Positions 9,212 through 18,649 of a stretch of 61,773 nt of DNA are shown in pieces (the stretch's first letter is position 1; each line of letters starts with the position of its first letter). The notes under the pieces are model-generated. The model was given only the letters and a program-made list of their open reading frames with translations, was not told the origin of the DNA and did not search any database. Made by a program: the position numbers and the translations under genes. This DNA is from Patescibacteria group bacterium (GTDB taxonomy: Bacteria > Patescibacteriota > Patescibacteriia > 2-12-FULL-60-25), in NCBI GenBank assembly GCA_018063125.1, contig JAGOQY010000001.1, positions 1-61,773 of the forward strand, read 5' to 3'.

Positions 9212-10278
9212 CGAACACGACAAGCTCTTCGACGGGCGCAGGGAGAATTGCGTCTGTTTACAACGGGCTATTGATGGCACGCGGCCATGAAGTTCGCGTG
9301 TTCGGTCCGGCGGAATGGTTTGAACAGTTGCACGCGACATTGCCGCTCGGTCGTCTTGCACGTCATCTTCGTGACCTTCGTCCGAACGAACAAACGGTGA
9401 ATGAGATTGTGACATGGGCGCCCGACGTTTTGTTGACGCATAATCTCACGGGATGCGGATTCGGAACTCCTCAGAAAATTCGCGAGCGTGGAGTTCGTTG
9501 GGTTCATATTTTGCATGACGTTCAATTGTTCGAACCATCCGGTCGGATGATCGTAGGTGAGTCCTCTCCGAAGTTTCGAGATCTGTGGAGACGTCTTTGG
9601 TCTGATCTTCGACGTTCGACATTTGGTCTACCCGACGTTGTCGTATCACCGACGAATTGGTTGCTTGGTGCGCATCGTCAGTTTGGATTTTTTCAAACGG
9701 CAGAATCTCGCATCATTTCAAATCCGATGCAGATCGATGCGGTAGATGTGTTTTCTGTTGATCGCGATCCCAAACGTTTGGTTTATGTGGGGAGATTGGA
9801 TACGGATAAAGGCGCCGATGTTCTTTTTGATGCTTGGCCGAAATTGCGTGATGTCGTCTCCGAGCTCGTGTTGATCGGAGATGGCACGTGGCGCGATCGA
9901 TTTGAGGCTTTGCATGATCCGAGGATTATCCTGCGAGGTGTTCTGCCAAGCGCAGAAGTGTTTCAAACGCTTGTAAGCGCGGGGTTGTGTGTGGTGCCGT
10001 CACGCGTACAGGAAAACCAGCCTACCGTGATTTTAGAGGCGTTAGCGGCCGGGTGTCGCGTGATTGCGAGCGACGTTGGGGGCGTTGGAGAAACGTTGGG
10101 ACAGGCTGGGTGGTTGATTCAACCCGGTTCTGTTTCTTCGTTGGTGAATGGGATTCGTTCCGCGGGAGCTGAGTTGGAAGATAAAGCGCGCTCTACAGAA
10201 CGGGAACGGATTCTACGCGCTCACGATCCGGATTCTGCTGTGGATGCGCTCTTGAGTGTGTTGATGTCGAACGCGTAG
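9193..10278 (+). CDS. Glycosyltransferase family 4 (GT-B)
   Basis: ENQPTVILEALAAGCRVIASDVGGVGE. Overlaps the previous gene by 19 nt. Confidence 0.8.
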   Translation: MRIAVLTNTTSSSTGAGRIASVYNGLLMARGHEVRVFGPAEWFEQLHATLPLGRLARHLRDLRPNEQTVNEIVTWAPDVLLTHNLTGCGFGTPQKIRERGVRWVHILHDVQLFEPSGRMIVGESSPKFRDLWRRLWSDLRRSTFGLPDVVVSPTNWLLGAHRQFGFFQTAESRIISNPMQIDAVDVFSVDRDPKRLVYVGRLDTDKGADVLFDAWPKLRDVVSELVLIGDGTWRDRFEALHDPRIILRGVLPSAEVFQTLVSAGLCVVPSRVQENQPTVILEALAAGCRVIASDVGGVGETLGQAGWLIQPGSVSSLVNGIRSAGAELEDKARSTERERILRAHDPDSAVDALLSVLMSNA

Positions 10279-12407
10279 ACGCGCACGGATCGACCAGGGC
10301 CTTTGTCGGTTTCGCCGAAGATCCAGGAATCAAGCGCGATGTCGTTGATGCGCTCATTGAGCTGTTCCGCATTCCACCAATAGTCGTTAATCACGACGTA
10401 CACGAGATCTGTGCCGCCAAGCGCGGCGGCTTCTTTGATCGTTTCGTTTGAGGGATCTTCGTAGGTCATGCGAAGAAATGTTTCATACAACGCGCCTCCT
10501 GTCGGAATCGGATAGAAGAATACGTCTTCGTGATAGCGTTTGAATCCGAGCGTACCAACGGCGGCCGCAGAAACAGATTGGTTCGCAAGAACGGTGTATG
10601 GACGATCTCCCGCGTCGCGATCAATTGCGCGTACGGCTTCGAAGTCAGATCGGCCAACGCTCCAGCCTCGTCCGACGGTGACGGCGTCATGTCGAGGAAG
10701 TGCGGCGTAGGATTGTGCGCTCACAACCGCCAGAAAAAAGACGAGTGCCCCGGCTCCAATCAATCCGCTCCGCATTCGTTCGATGGCGATCGCGATTCCT
10801 GGAAGCGCGGCGGGAATCAAACAGAGAAGTGCGACGAGTCGGAGACGATCTGCGTAGTTTCCGCGTTCGTAGTCAATGAGAAAGGCAAAATCTCCAGCGG
10901 TCTTCAGCGCGGCACTGGAAAGAAAAAGAAGAATTGCGGTTACGAGAAGAAGGATGGCGCGATGGCGTTCATCCTGTTTTTTGATAATCGTTGCAACCGC
11001 AAAGAAGCACAGAATGACGGGAATGGATTTTTCAATCAGTGCGGCCCAGGCGCTCCAGACGACGAAACGATTTTCAAACCATGGTGTCAGGGATTGCAGA
11101 AGATCGAGCCACGGTTGCGCGCTCACGAGTTGCGCGATGTTCCATTGAATTGGCGTCGCACCCGTAGCGCTGGAAATCGCAAAGAGTAGGGGAACGGAAA
11201 GTGCGGCGGAGATGGCGAGAGCCCACGCGAGAATGATTCGAAGAATGATATGGCCTCCTTCTGCAGATGGGAGAATCGATAACGCGAGAACAATGACGAA
11301 ACAGGGTGCGCCGGCGAGTGGATGAACGGCGACACACCATGCGGCAAGAATCAGTGCGGCGATGGAGTGACGGATGTCAGATCGATTCCCGGAGACGAGG
11401 AGAAACGCTGCAAGTCCCAGAAGATAGGCAAAAGATTGCGGAGTTGTTGCGACGAATGGAGCAAGCGGGATGAGTGCGAGCGCACCGAATTCAAAAAGGG
11501 AAGATTCTTTTCGTCGCCCAACGGCCAGCATGAGGGGAAGGAGAATCGCGCTTGCGGCGGGAACGAGCCAGCGCTCAACGGCTGCGAGCGGAAGATCTGT
11601 CAGACGAACCAGCCAGGTCGTGAATGCATATTGTCCGATGTAGGACAGCGGTTTTGGAGAAAGTGTTCCGGTCGCGAGGATGACGCGCTCGCCGGCGAGA
11701 TGGAGAAAGCCATCGAATCCATATCCAAGTTGATAAATGAGCGGAGCGATGGCGGTTGTCGCAAACAGGGCAATCATTGCTTGCGCCATGGCGAGCCATC
11801 GATTTTTGACGAGCCACGTTCCCAGCAAAACGCCAGCCCAGGCGAGAGCGATGGCGGTGAGCGTTCCGGCGGGAAGAAGCGGCCAGGTTGTCCGAATCGA
11901 ATCTGTCGTCGCGCCGCGAAATGCGCCGAGGAGAACGTATCCGGATGAAAGCGCGGTGACGGCGAAGCAGGCAATTCCGAGAAGGATGCGCTTGATGTCG
12001 AGATGAAATTGTTTCAGCGAGTGCGTTTCTGTATCGGGAATGAGATGCGCGAGGATGAGCGCGATCGAGAGTGAGATGAGTAGCGTCCACGGATCTGAGG
12101 ATGTTGCGAGTTTTCCTCCGGCGTAAAACCAGATGGTTTGGATTGTGGCGAGGATGCCTGTCACGAGAACAATTCCGACGAGCGAGGCGGGGATGAGATG
12201 GCGATCGGCAAAAAGGCGGCGTCCGAGCGAGCTTCCGACGTAGAGAATTCCGAATAGCGCAGAAAAGCCGGCTAGGAGCGAAAAACGCATTCCTAGCACG
12301 GCAGAAAGGGCGATTACGCCCAAAACAGCGAGTTCCGGAAGGAGGTCCTTGATCGCACGGCTCATACGCGCGATGATAGCACGTAGCACGCGGATGAATA
12401 CGCTCAT
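10221..12407 (-). CDS. Large polytopic membrane protein (728 aa) with a C-terminal soluble domain; function unknown
   Basis: At least 14 hydrophobic segments over about 560 aa, then a roughly 160-aa hydrophilic tail. The many overlapping other-frame ORFs are low-complexity. Alternative start at M15 (nt 12365). Confidence 0.7.
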   Translation of the reverse strand: MSVFIRVLRAIIARMSRAIKDLLPELAVLGVIALSAVLGMRFSLLAGFSALFGILYVGSSLGRRLFADRHLIPASLVGIVLVTGILATIQTIWFYAGGKLATSSDPWTLLISLSIALILAHLIPDTETHSLKQFHLDIKRILLGIACFAVTALSSGYVLLGAFRGATTDSIRTTWPLLPAGTLTAIALAWAGVLLGTWLVKNRWLAMAQAMIALFATTAIAPLIYQLGYGFDGFLHLAGERVILATGTLSPKPLSYIGQYAFTTWLVRLTDLPLAAVERWLVPAASAILLPLMLAVGRRKESSLFEFGALALIPLAPFVATTPQSFAYLLGLAAFLLVSGNRSDIRHSIAALILAAWCVAVHPLAGAPCFVIVLALSILPSAEGGHIILRIILAWALAISAALSVPLLFAISSATGATPIQWNIAQLVSAQPWLDLLQSLTPWFENRFVVWSAWAALIEKSIPVILCFFAVATIIKKQDERHRAILLLVTAILLFLSSAALKTAGDFAFLIDYERGNYADRLRLVALLCLIPAALPGIAIAIERMRSGLIGAGALVFFLAVVSAQSYAALPRHDAVTVGRGWSVGRSDFEAVRAIDRDAGDRPYTVLANQSVSAAAVGTLGFKRYHEDVFFYPIPTGGALYETFLRMTYEDPSNETIKEAAALGGTDLVYVVINDYWWNAEQLNERINDIALDSWIFGETDKGPGRSVRVYAFDINTLKSASTAESGS

Positions 12408-12984
12408 GACGAATGAAACCGTGCGGGTTTACCCGCACGATCGGTTACTCGCGCGGACGATCCTCCGCCTCATCCCGCGAGGTCTCCGTCCAAATCACTT
12501 TACGGTTTTCCGGACTTTTTTGATTCCGTTCGTTCTTTTTTATGTGTGGCACGAAATGTGGCACGTCGCTGTCCCGCTGTTTTTGTTTGCCGCATTCACG
12601 GATGTTCTAGACGGCTCCGTCGCACGAACACGAAAGCAGATCACGATGTGGGGGACGATGGCGGATCCGATCGCGGATAAACTATTGATCGGTGCGGTGG
12701 TTGTGCTCTTCGTCGCACGTGAGATCAACGTGACATTTGCGATCGTCATCGTCTTTATCGAATGTTTGACTGCGGGGTCTGCATTTATTCGTTTGATGCG
12801 CGGTGGAGAGATCGTGAGTGCGAACTGGTATGGAAAGGTGAAGATGCTCCTTCAAGTTATTGGCGTCACAGGCCTCTTGATTGCGCGGTGGTTCGGTCTG
12901 GAGCTCTTCGTGGATTTTTCCATCGGCACGCTTTCGATTGCCATTGTCTTTGCCCTTATTTCGTTATACACCTACGGACTGTAA
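12394..12984 (+). CDS. CDP-alcohol phosphatidyltransferase family protein
   Basis: DVLDGSVAR-x8-GTMADPIADKL matches D-x2-DG-x2-AR...G-x3-D-x3-D. Start uncertain: ATGs at 12394 and 12406. Confidence 0.8.
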   Translation: MNTLMTNETVRVYPHDRLLARTILRLIPRGLRPNHFTVFRTFLIPFVLFYVWHEMWHVAVPLFLFAAFTDVLDGSVARTRKQITMWGTMADPIADKLLIGAVVVLFVAREINVTFAIVIVFIECLTAGSAFIRLMRGGEIVSANWYGKVKMLLQVIGVTGLLIARWFGLELFVDFSIGTLSIAIVFALISLYTYGL

Positions 12985-12987
12985 GCC

Positions 12988-14292
12988 ATGCTGTATCGAC
13001 TCAAAAAACTGGTTCCAGGGCCTCTGATCGGCCTATATCACCGCGTCCTCTCTGGAGCCGCGGCGGCTTGGTATGGCCACCCGTCACGCAAATTGATCGT
13101 TGTGGGGATCACGGGAACGAATGGGAAAACGACGACGTCCTACCTCACTTCCAAGGTTTTGGAAGCATCGGGATTTCCGACGGGATGTACAACGACGGCG
13201 ATTTTTAAGATCGGTCAGCGAGAATGGTTGAACAAGAGCAAGATGACGATGCTTGGTCGTTTCGCCTTGCAGAAGCTTTTGAGTGACATGGTGAAGGAAG
13301 GATGTCGATATGTTGTTGTCGAAACGTCCTCTCAGGGAATTGTTCAGCATCGTCATCGTGGAATTGAATACGATGTTGTCGTTCTCACGAATCTCACGCC
13401 GGAACACATTGAAGCGCATGGTGGATTTGAGAATTATAAGAACGCAAAGATTGAACTCTTCCGTCACGCGTCACGCCGATCGCCGAAGATGATCGATGGA
13501 AAAGCGATTCCTAAAATTGCGGTACTGAATCGCGAGAGCGAACATGCGAAAGATTTTGTCGTTGCTGGTTTTGATCAAACCCTGTGGTACGGAATTGGTT
13601 CGGGAGATGTATCCGCCGTTGATCTCGAAGATCGAGGATGGAGCACGTCGTTCTCTGTGGATGGGAAACGCGCAACTGTGAATCTTCCAGGAAAGGCGAA
13701 TGTGGAAAACGCGCTCGCGGCTCTTGCGGTTGCGAAGGCGCTTGGAATTTCTGCGGATGAATCCATGAAACGTCTCGCATCGGTCGCAGGTGTGCCGGGG
13801 CGATTTGAACGCGTGGAAGAAGGCCAATCGTTTACGGTTCTCGTCGATTACGCTCCAGAGCCGGCGTCAATTGCCACGCTTTATGCGGCGGCAGAAAAAC
13901 TTCCTCACAAGCGCATTATCCATGTGTTGGGTTCATGTGGCGGCGGCCGAGATGTGGCGCGTCGTCCGATTCTCGGAAAGATGGCTGGGGAGCACGCCGA
14001 CGTCGTGATCGTCACAAACGAAGATCCGTACGATGATGATCCTCAAGAAATTATCCACGATGTTGCAGAAGGTGCTCGTTCAGCAGGAAAAACCGGATCT
14101 GATTTGAAAGAGATTCTTGATCGCGGTGAAGCGATTCAGACCGCCGTGGATTTGGCGGAAGAAGGAGACCTCGTTCTTCTCACGGGAAAAGGATGTGAAC
14201 AGGCGATTATGCTTGCCGAGGGTCGTCGTTTGCCGTGGGATGAGCGTGAGGAAGCACGAAAAGCGATTCAGGTGCGTTTGTCGCGAGGATGA
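12988..14292 (+). CDS. Mur ligase family protein (MurE-like, short N-terminus)
   Basis: P-loop VVGITGTNGKTTT, DYAPEP (compare DYAHTP), NEDPYDDDP. Only about 37 aa precede the P-loop. Confidence 0.85.
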   Translation: MLYRLKKLVPGPLIGLYHRVLSGAAAAWYGHPSRKLIVVGITGTNGKTTTSYLTSKVLEASGFPTGCTTTAIFKIGQREWLNKSKMTMLGRFALQKLLSDMVKEGCRYVVVETSSQGIVQHRHRGIEYDVVVLTNLTPEHIEAHGGFENYKNAKIELFRHASRRSPKMIDGKAIPKIAVLNRESEHAKDFVVAGFDQTLWYGIGSGDVSAVDLEDRGWSTSFSVDGKRATVNLPGKANVENALAALAVAKALGISADESMKRLASVAGVPGRFERVEEGQSFTVLVDYAPEPASIATLYAAAEKLPHKRIIHVLGSCGGGRDVARRPILGKMAGEHADVVIVTNEDPYDDDPQEIIHDVAEGARSAGKTGSDLKEILDRGEAIQTAVDLAEEGDLVLLTGKGCEQAIMLAEGRRLPWDEREEARKAIQVRLSRG

Positions 14293-14313
14293 TTGCCTTG
14301 TAATCTATCTGCC

Positions 14314-15033
14314 ATGTTCAGGATTGAAGATGTCTTACAGCCAAAAGACGGAGAAAAGGTTCGCGCCTTGATCCGTCGCCATGTGGCGACGTTGATTCCG
14401 TCTTTGTTTCTTGCGCTGGTTTTGATTGTCGTTCCATTCTTCCTCCTCTTCCCACTTTTTAGTTGGGGGATTCCCGGAGTCATCTTGTTTTTCTTTTCTG
14501 TTGTTGCGGGGATCGTGATTGCGATTCGCGCGCTTCTTCTCTGGGATGCGGATGTGTTGATCGTTACGACGATGCGATTGATCGACGTTGATCAACAGGG
14601 TCTTCTGACTCGAACGGTTTCTGAAGCATCACTCGGTGCGGTGCAGGATGTTTCGTGGAAGCGTTCCGGATTGGCGGACACGGTATTCAAAATGGGATGT
14701 GTGAAGATTCAAACGGCGAGTACGACGACGACGATCGAAGCGAAGGGCGTGCCAAAACCAGAAAGCGTTTTTGAATTGATCAACGAGCTTCGTCATGATG
14801 CGCCGTCCGTCGGATCGGGGAGTGCGCCGAAGAATGAAGCACCTGGTGAACGACGTGAGTTGTTAGAATCCATTCGTCGAATGTTGGAACCATATTCTTT
14901 TGAAGAGCTTCAGCGCGTGGAAACGGTTTTGAAAGCGCGCGAACGATCCTCTCTGCGTGATGCGTTTTTGGGCGAAGAAAAAGAGGGGACGGATGAGGCT
15001 GTGGATAAAGAAGATAAAGCCGAGAAGACGTGA
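14314..15033 (+). CDS. Membrane protein with a PH-like (YdbS/YdbT-type) domain, acidic C-terminal tail
   Basis: Two TM segments followed by ...DVLIVTTMRLIDVDQQGL...KIQTAS... The domain call is tentative. ATG at 14314 (the track start is TTG). Confidence 0.55.
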   Translation: MFRIEDVLQPKDGEKVRALIRRHVATLIPSLFLALVLIVVPFFLLFPLFSWGIPGVILFFFSVVAGIVIAIRALLLWDADVLIVTTMRLIDVDQQGLLTRTVSEASLGAVQDVSWKRSGLADTVFKMGCVKIQTASTTTTIEAKGVPKPESVFELINELRHDAPSVGSGSAPKNEAPGERRELLESIRRMLEPYSFEELQRVETVLKARERSSLRDAFLGEEKEGTDEAVDKEDKAEKT

Positions 15034-15050
15034 TAGGATTGCGTTGTCGC

Positions 15051-15467
15051 ATGCGCCCTTCTTCTAGCCCCTCACATTCGCCCTGGACTCGCATTCTGCG
15101 CTGGCCCGTCTTTCTCGTGGCAAACGTGGCCTTGTTCCTTCTGGTGGGTGTTTCTACGATGCGTGAGACGTATCGCGGGTGGACGGTTGAGCGAGAAATC
15201 CATGCGTTGGAGGCTCAGGCTCAGGAATTAGAGGGCCGAAAGCTCAAACTGGTGGAGCTCGCGTCCGATCTCACGTCTCCCGAACGCGTTGAGCTTGATG
15301 CGCGTCGCGACCTCGGGTGGAAGAAACCGGGCGAGCAGGTCGTAGTATTGGCAGGATATGATGCGAGTTCCACGTGGAAAGGAGCTCCATCCACCCTCGC
15401 CGCTTTGCCGGCAGAGCCTGTTCTTTCGAATCCCGAACGTTGGTTTCAGTATTTCTTTCATCGATAA
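15051..15467 (+). CDS. FtsB/DivIC-like septum formation initiator
   Basis: Single TM, then the coiled coil REIHALEAQAQELEGRKLKLVEL and ...RVELDARRDLGWKKPGEQVVVL. Confidence 0.6.
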   Translation: MRPSSSPSHSPWTRILRWPVFLVANVALFLLVGVSTMRETYRGWTVEREIHALEAQAQELEGRKLKLVELASDLTSPERVELDARRDLGWKKPGEQVVVLAGYDASSTWKGAPSTLAALPAEPVLSNPERWFQYFFHR

Positions 15468-15476
15468 TCAATTCTT

Positions 15477-16148
15477 ATGAACGACCAGAATCCATCTCCC
15501 GAGCCTGTCCGCGTCCGTCCGAACCGTTTGATGTTTGTTGTCGGAGCATTTGTTGCATTCGTCCTTGTGGCGGGTGGAATCCTGCTTCTCCTGCAGTCGG
15601 TTTATACGAAGCGCGCAGATAACGCGGTGATTCGCGTGTTCGCTGGAGCGCTTCCAGCGGCGAAGGTTGGTGATGAAAAAATTTCGTACAAAGAATTTTT
15701 GACCACACGTGAAACGCTGAAAGTGTACTTGGCTTCACAGGCCGCAAAAGACGCGAACCTCGCGCAGGAGCTTACGCCGGAACTCGAGAAGAATGGATTC
15801 CAGCGTATGGTTCGCGAAATCATCGTCAACGATATTGCTCGCGAACGGAATATTTCCGTTACGGATGAAGACGTGCGCGATGCATTTACCGAACTCGTTC
15901 TCACGACGAGCTCAACCATCCCAAACGTTGCGCAGTATCTGGAAGAAACATTTCACTGGACCGAAGAAGAGTTTCGCGCCCGTGTGATTCGTCCGTCTTT
16001 GCTTGAAACGCGGCTCGCGATGTCGTTCGCTGGTGCCACGGAAGCTGACGCTACTCCAGAACAGATTGAGGCAGGGTACGCGCAGTTTGAGCAGGAGGTG
16101 GTGAAGCGTGAGGCGGGGGATGACGTCCGGATTTATCTCCAATTTTAG
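15477..16148 (+). CDS. Membrane-anchored SurA-N/PpiD-like chaperone domain protein (no PPIase domain seen)
   Basis: N-terminal TM, then ...KISYKEFLTTRETLKVYL...IVNDIARERNISVTDEDV... typical of SurA_N-type domains. Tentative. Confidence 0.5.
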   Translation: MNDQNPSPEPVRVRPNRLMFVVGAFVAFVLVAGGILLLLQSVYTKRADNAVIRVFAGALPAAKVGDEKISYKEFLTTRETLKVYLASQAAKDANLAQELTPELEKNGFQRMVREIIVNDIARERNISVTDEDVRDAFTELVLTTSSTIPNVAQYLEETFHWTEEEFRARVIRPSLLETRLAMSFAGATEADATPEQIEAGYAQFEQEVVKREAGDDVRIYLQF

Positions 16149-16159
16149 AAGCAGAGGTC

Positions 16160-16188
16160 TTGCGCGGTTTCTGGGGCTTTGATAGCAT
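16160..16188 (+). promoter_or_regulatory. Possible sigma70-type promoter for the tRNA pair
   Basis: TTGCGC, 17-nt spacer, TAGCAT, about 30 nt upstream of tRNA-Gly. Pattern match only. Confidence 0.3.
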
Positions 16189-16218
16189 CACGGCGCACTG
16201 GTTTGAAAACCGCGTCAT

Positions 16219-16293
16219 GCGGGTATCGTATAGTGGCTATTATATGGGCTTCCCAAGCCTAGGATAGGGGTTCGATTCCCCTTACCCGCTCCA
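16219..16293 (+). tRNA. tRNA-Gly (anticodon CCC), CCA encoded
   Basis: Hand-folded cloverleaf. Acceptor gcgggta/tacccgc. Anticodon stem tgggc/gccta with loop ttCCCaa. T arm agggg-ttcgatt-cccct. Confidence 0.9.
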
Positions 16294-16294
16294 G

Positions 16295-16369
16295 GCCAGC
16301 TTAGCTCAGCGGTAGAGCAATGCTTTCGTAAAGCAGAGGTCCCGGGTTCAATCCCCGGAGCTGGCTCCA
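16295..16369 (+). tRNA. tRNA-Thr (anticodon CGT), CCA encoded
   Basis: Acceptor gccagct/agctggc. D arm gctc-agcggta-gagc. Anticodon loop ttCGTaa. T arm ccggg-ttcaatc-cccgg. Only 1 nt separates it from tRNA-Gly. Confidence 0.9.
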
Positions 16370-16372
16370 CAT

Positions 16373-16398
16373 AAAAAATCCCCAACCGGGGATTTTTT
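16373..16398. terminator. Bidirectional rho-independent terminator (tRNA operon / Nudix gene)
   Basis: aaaaatcccc-aacc-ggggattttt, with A-run and T-run flanks. Confidence 0.7.
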
Positions 16399-16413
16399 AT
16401 TGTGTGGATTTTT

Positions 16414-16932
16414 TTAGAGAAGATTCAGCGCATCCAGTCCAACATATCCAACCTCGATGTCCGTCAGTTGTCCGCTTCGGAGGTGTGAGCGAAAGTCGGG
16501 GAGAGAGACTAGGACTGTTTCAAGAAATTCATTTTCGTCTGGAGTTGGTTCCTGGATTTTTTCACAATTGATCGCGACGAACGCATGACGTGTCATATTC
16601 GAATATCCACAATCATGAAGAACGCCGACGGCTCTGAGCTCTCCGCGATATCCCGTTTCTTCCAGAAGTTCTCGAGCCGCCGCTTCCTCGTGTGTCTCGT
16701 TTGGTTCGAGCCCACCGCCGGGAAGTTCCATGAGGATTTTTTCTGGTCCGGGTCGATACTGTTTCGCGAGGATAATTTCCTGATTTGATGTCATCGCAAG
16801 AATGCACACGGTGACGCCTTCATCCTTGATCGTGAATTCTTCGATTCGTCCGTCCGGCAAACGAAAGTGTTTCGTCAGCATTCGGCGGAACCCAGCTCGA
16901 AAGGGAGTCTCGGTGGTTTTTTGCCATTCCAT
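16414..16932 (-). CDS. NUDIX hydrolase (ADP-ribose pyrophosphatase-like)
   Basis: Nudix box GGGLEPNETHEEAAARELLEETG. ATG at 16932 (the track start 16935 is TTG). Confidence 0.85.
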   Translation of the reverse strand: MEWQKTTETPFRAGFRRMLTKHFRLPDGRIEEFTIKDEGVTVCILAMTSNQEIILAKQYRPGPEKILMELPGGGLEPNETHEEAAARELLEETGYRGELRAVGVLHDCGYSNMTRHAFVAINCEKIQEPTPDENEFLETVLVSLPDFRSHLRSGQLTDIEVGYVGLDALNLL

Positions 16933-17017
16933 CAAACGATCGTAACCGGAAAATAGTGAAAAAGAAAGTGCATTTTACTCCCTCCCTTCCCAGCTCTTTT
17001 CTGCTATCATTGGCCGC

Positions 17018-17725
17018 ATGACGGCTGCACATGCGACCCCGATGATTCGGTTGGAGGGGATCTCAAAAGTCTACCAACCGGATGTTCAAAGTTTGCGTGA
17101 TATTTCGCTCGCGATTCATCCGGGAGAGTTTGTTTCGATTGTCGGACAATCCGGTGCGGGGAAAACGACACTTGCAAAGATGTTGATCGCGGAAGAGCGT
17201 CCATCGAAAGGAAGAATTGAAATCGGTGGATGGGATATCACACGGATCGCCGCACGAGATATCCCATATCTGCGTCGACAGATTGGTGTCGTGTTTCAGG
17301 ATTTTAAATTGCTCCCAAAGAAAACCGTTTACGAGAATGTCGCGTTCGCTCTCGAAGTTGCAAGCGTTCCATCAAAAAGAATTCGCGATGTCGTGCCACA
17401 GGTTTTGAAGATCGTTGGTCTCGATGAAAAGATGCATCGGTTTCCACGACAGCTGTCGGGTGGGGAACAGCAACGCGTTGTGGTCGCTCGATCGCTGGTG
17501 CATCGTCCAAAGATTCTTTTGGCAGATGAACCGACCGGAAATTTGGATACGATCAATACGCAAGAAATTATCGATCTTCTTCTCAAGATTAATGCCTTTG
17601 GTACGACGATCGTTCTCGTGACGCATAATCGTGAAGTGGTGAATGCGTTGCGCCGTCGAGTAATCACGCTCGCGAACGGTCGCGTCGCTTCTGATCACGC
17701 CGAAGGAAAATACCTCATCCAATAA
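17018..17725 (+). CDS. ftsE: Cell division ATP-binding protein FtsE
   Basis: Walker A GQSGAGKTT, signature LSGGEQQRV, Walker B LLADEPTGNLD. Immediately followed by ftsX. Confidence 0.9.
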   Translation: MTAAHATPMIRLEGISKVYQPDVQSLRDISLAIHPGEFVSIVGQSGAGKTTLAKMLIAEERPSKGRIEIGGWDITRIAARDIPYLRRQIGVVFQDFKLLPKKTVYENVAFALEVASVPSKRIRDVVPQVLKIVGLDEKMHRFPRQLSGGEQQRVVVARSLVHRPKILLADEPTGNLDTINTQEIIDLLLKINAFGTTIVLVTHNREVVNALRRRVITLANGRVASDHAEGKYLIQ

Positions 17726-17727
17726 TC

Positions 17728-18648
17728 ATGTCGCTCTTTGTCACATCCGGTCGGGTCGTTTCCGCCGCGTGGAAGAACTTCGCTCGTAACGCGTGGCTCG
17801 CGCTCACGACGGTGTTTGTGTTGATGCTCTGTTTGCTTTCCGTGAACGTTTTGATCGGGGTGAATGTTCTTGTTCGAAACGCGGTCACGATTTTGGAGGA
17901 TAAGATCGATATCACCGTCTATTTTAAGAACGGAACGAGCCCGGCGATTTTGGAACAAGCGCGTTTTTTCATGGGAGGACTTCCGCAAGTGAAGAGTGCT
18001 TCGTTGATTTCTGCGGAAGATGCGCTTGCCGCGTTTAAAGAACGTCATAAGGACGATCCAAAAATTCTCGGCGCGCTCGAAGACATTGATTCGAATCCGC
18101 TCGGTGCGACGTTAACGCTCAAGGCGAACAAGACGTCGGATTATCCGTTTTTGCTTGAAGCATTGCAGAATCCGCAGTTTGATTTTGCGATCGAGTCCAA
18201 GAGTTACGATAACCATGCGGAAACGATTGAGCAGGTTCGAAGTGTGAGCCGTTCCGTCACGGTGTTTGGATATGGATTGGTTTCGGTGTTTGCGTTGTTC
18301 TCCGTTCTCATCGTGTTTAACACCGTCCGAGTCGCGATCTACACACAGCGTGAGGAAATCGCGGTGATGCGACTTGTGGGGGCTTCCAGCGCCTATGTCC
18401 GTCTTCCGTTTGTGTTGGAGGGGATTCTCCTGGCGTTGCTCGCACTTGGAATTTCTGGCTTGATGGTTTTTGCGGCGGCGTCTGCGTTAGATCCGAGGCT
18501 CGCGGCCGCATTTGGGGGAACAGTTCCCGGTCTTCGGGCGTATTTTCTGATGAACGCTCCACAGCTTGCCATGATCGAAGGCGGAGCTCTTTCAGCGTTG
18601 GTGGCACTTTCTTCTTGGGCGGCAGTGGGGAAGTATTTGAAGCGTTGA
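17728..18648 (+). CDS. ftsX: Cell division permease FtsX
   Basis: TM1, a roughly 130-aa extracytoplasmic domain, then 3 C-terminal TM segments. ...REEIAVMRLVGAS..Y.R.PF..EG is typical of FtsX. Confidence 0.85.
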   Translation: MSLFVTSGRVVSAAWKNFARNAWLALTTVFVLMLCLLSVNVLIGVNVLVRNAVTILEDKIDITVYFKNGTSPAILEQARFFMGGLPQVKSASLISAEDALAAFKERHKDDPKILGALEDIDSNPLGATLTLKANKTSDYPFLLEALQNPQFDFAIESKSYDNHAETIEQVRSVSRSVTVFGYGLVSVFALFSVLIVFNTVRVAIYTQREEIAVMRLVGASSAYVRLPFVLEGILLALLALGISGLMVFAAASALDPRLAAAFGGTVPGLRAYFLMNAPQLAMIEGGALSALVALSSWAAVGKYLKR

Positions 18649-18649
18649 T

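Noticed and set aside
10530-12438. Several 200-290-aa ORFs in other frames and strands (for example 10530-11189 +, 11322-11948 +, 11575-12438 -) over the 728-aa membrane gene
   Set aside because: All are Arg/Gly/Cys- or Arg/Ser/Pro-rich low-complexity products nested in one continuous 728-codon frame that encodes regular TM helices.
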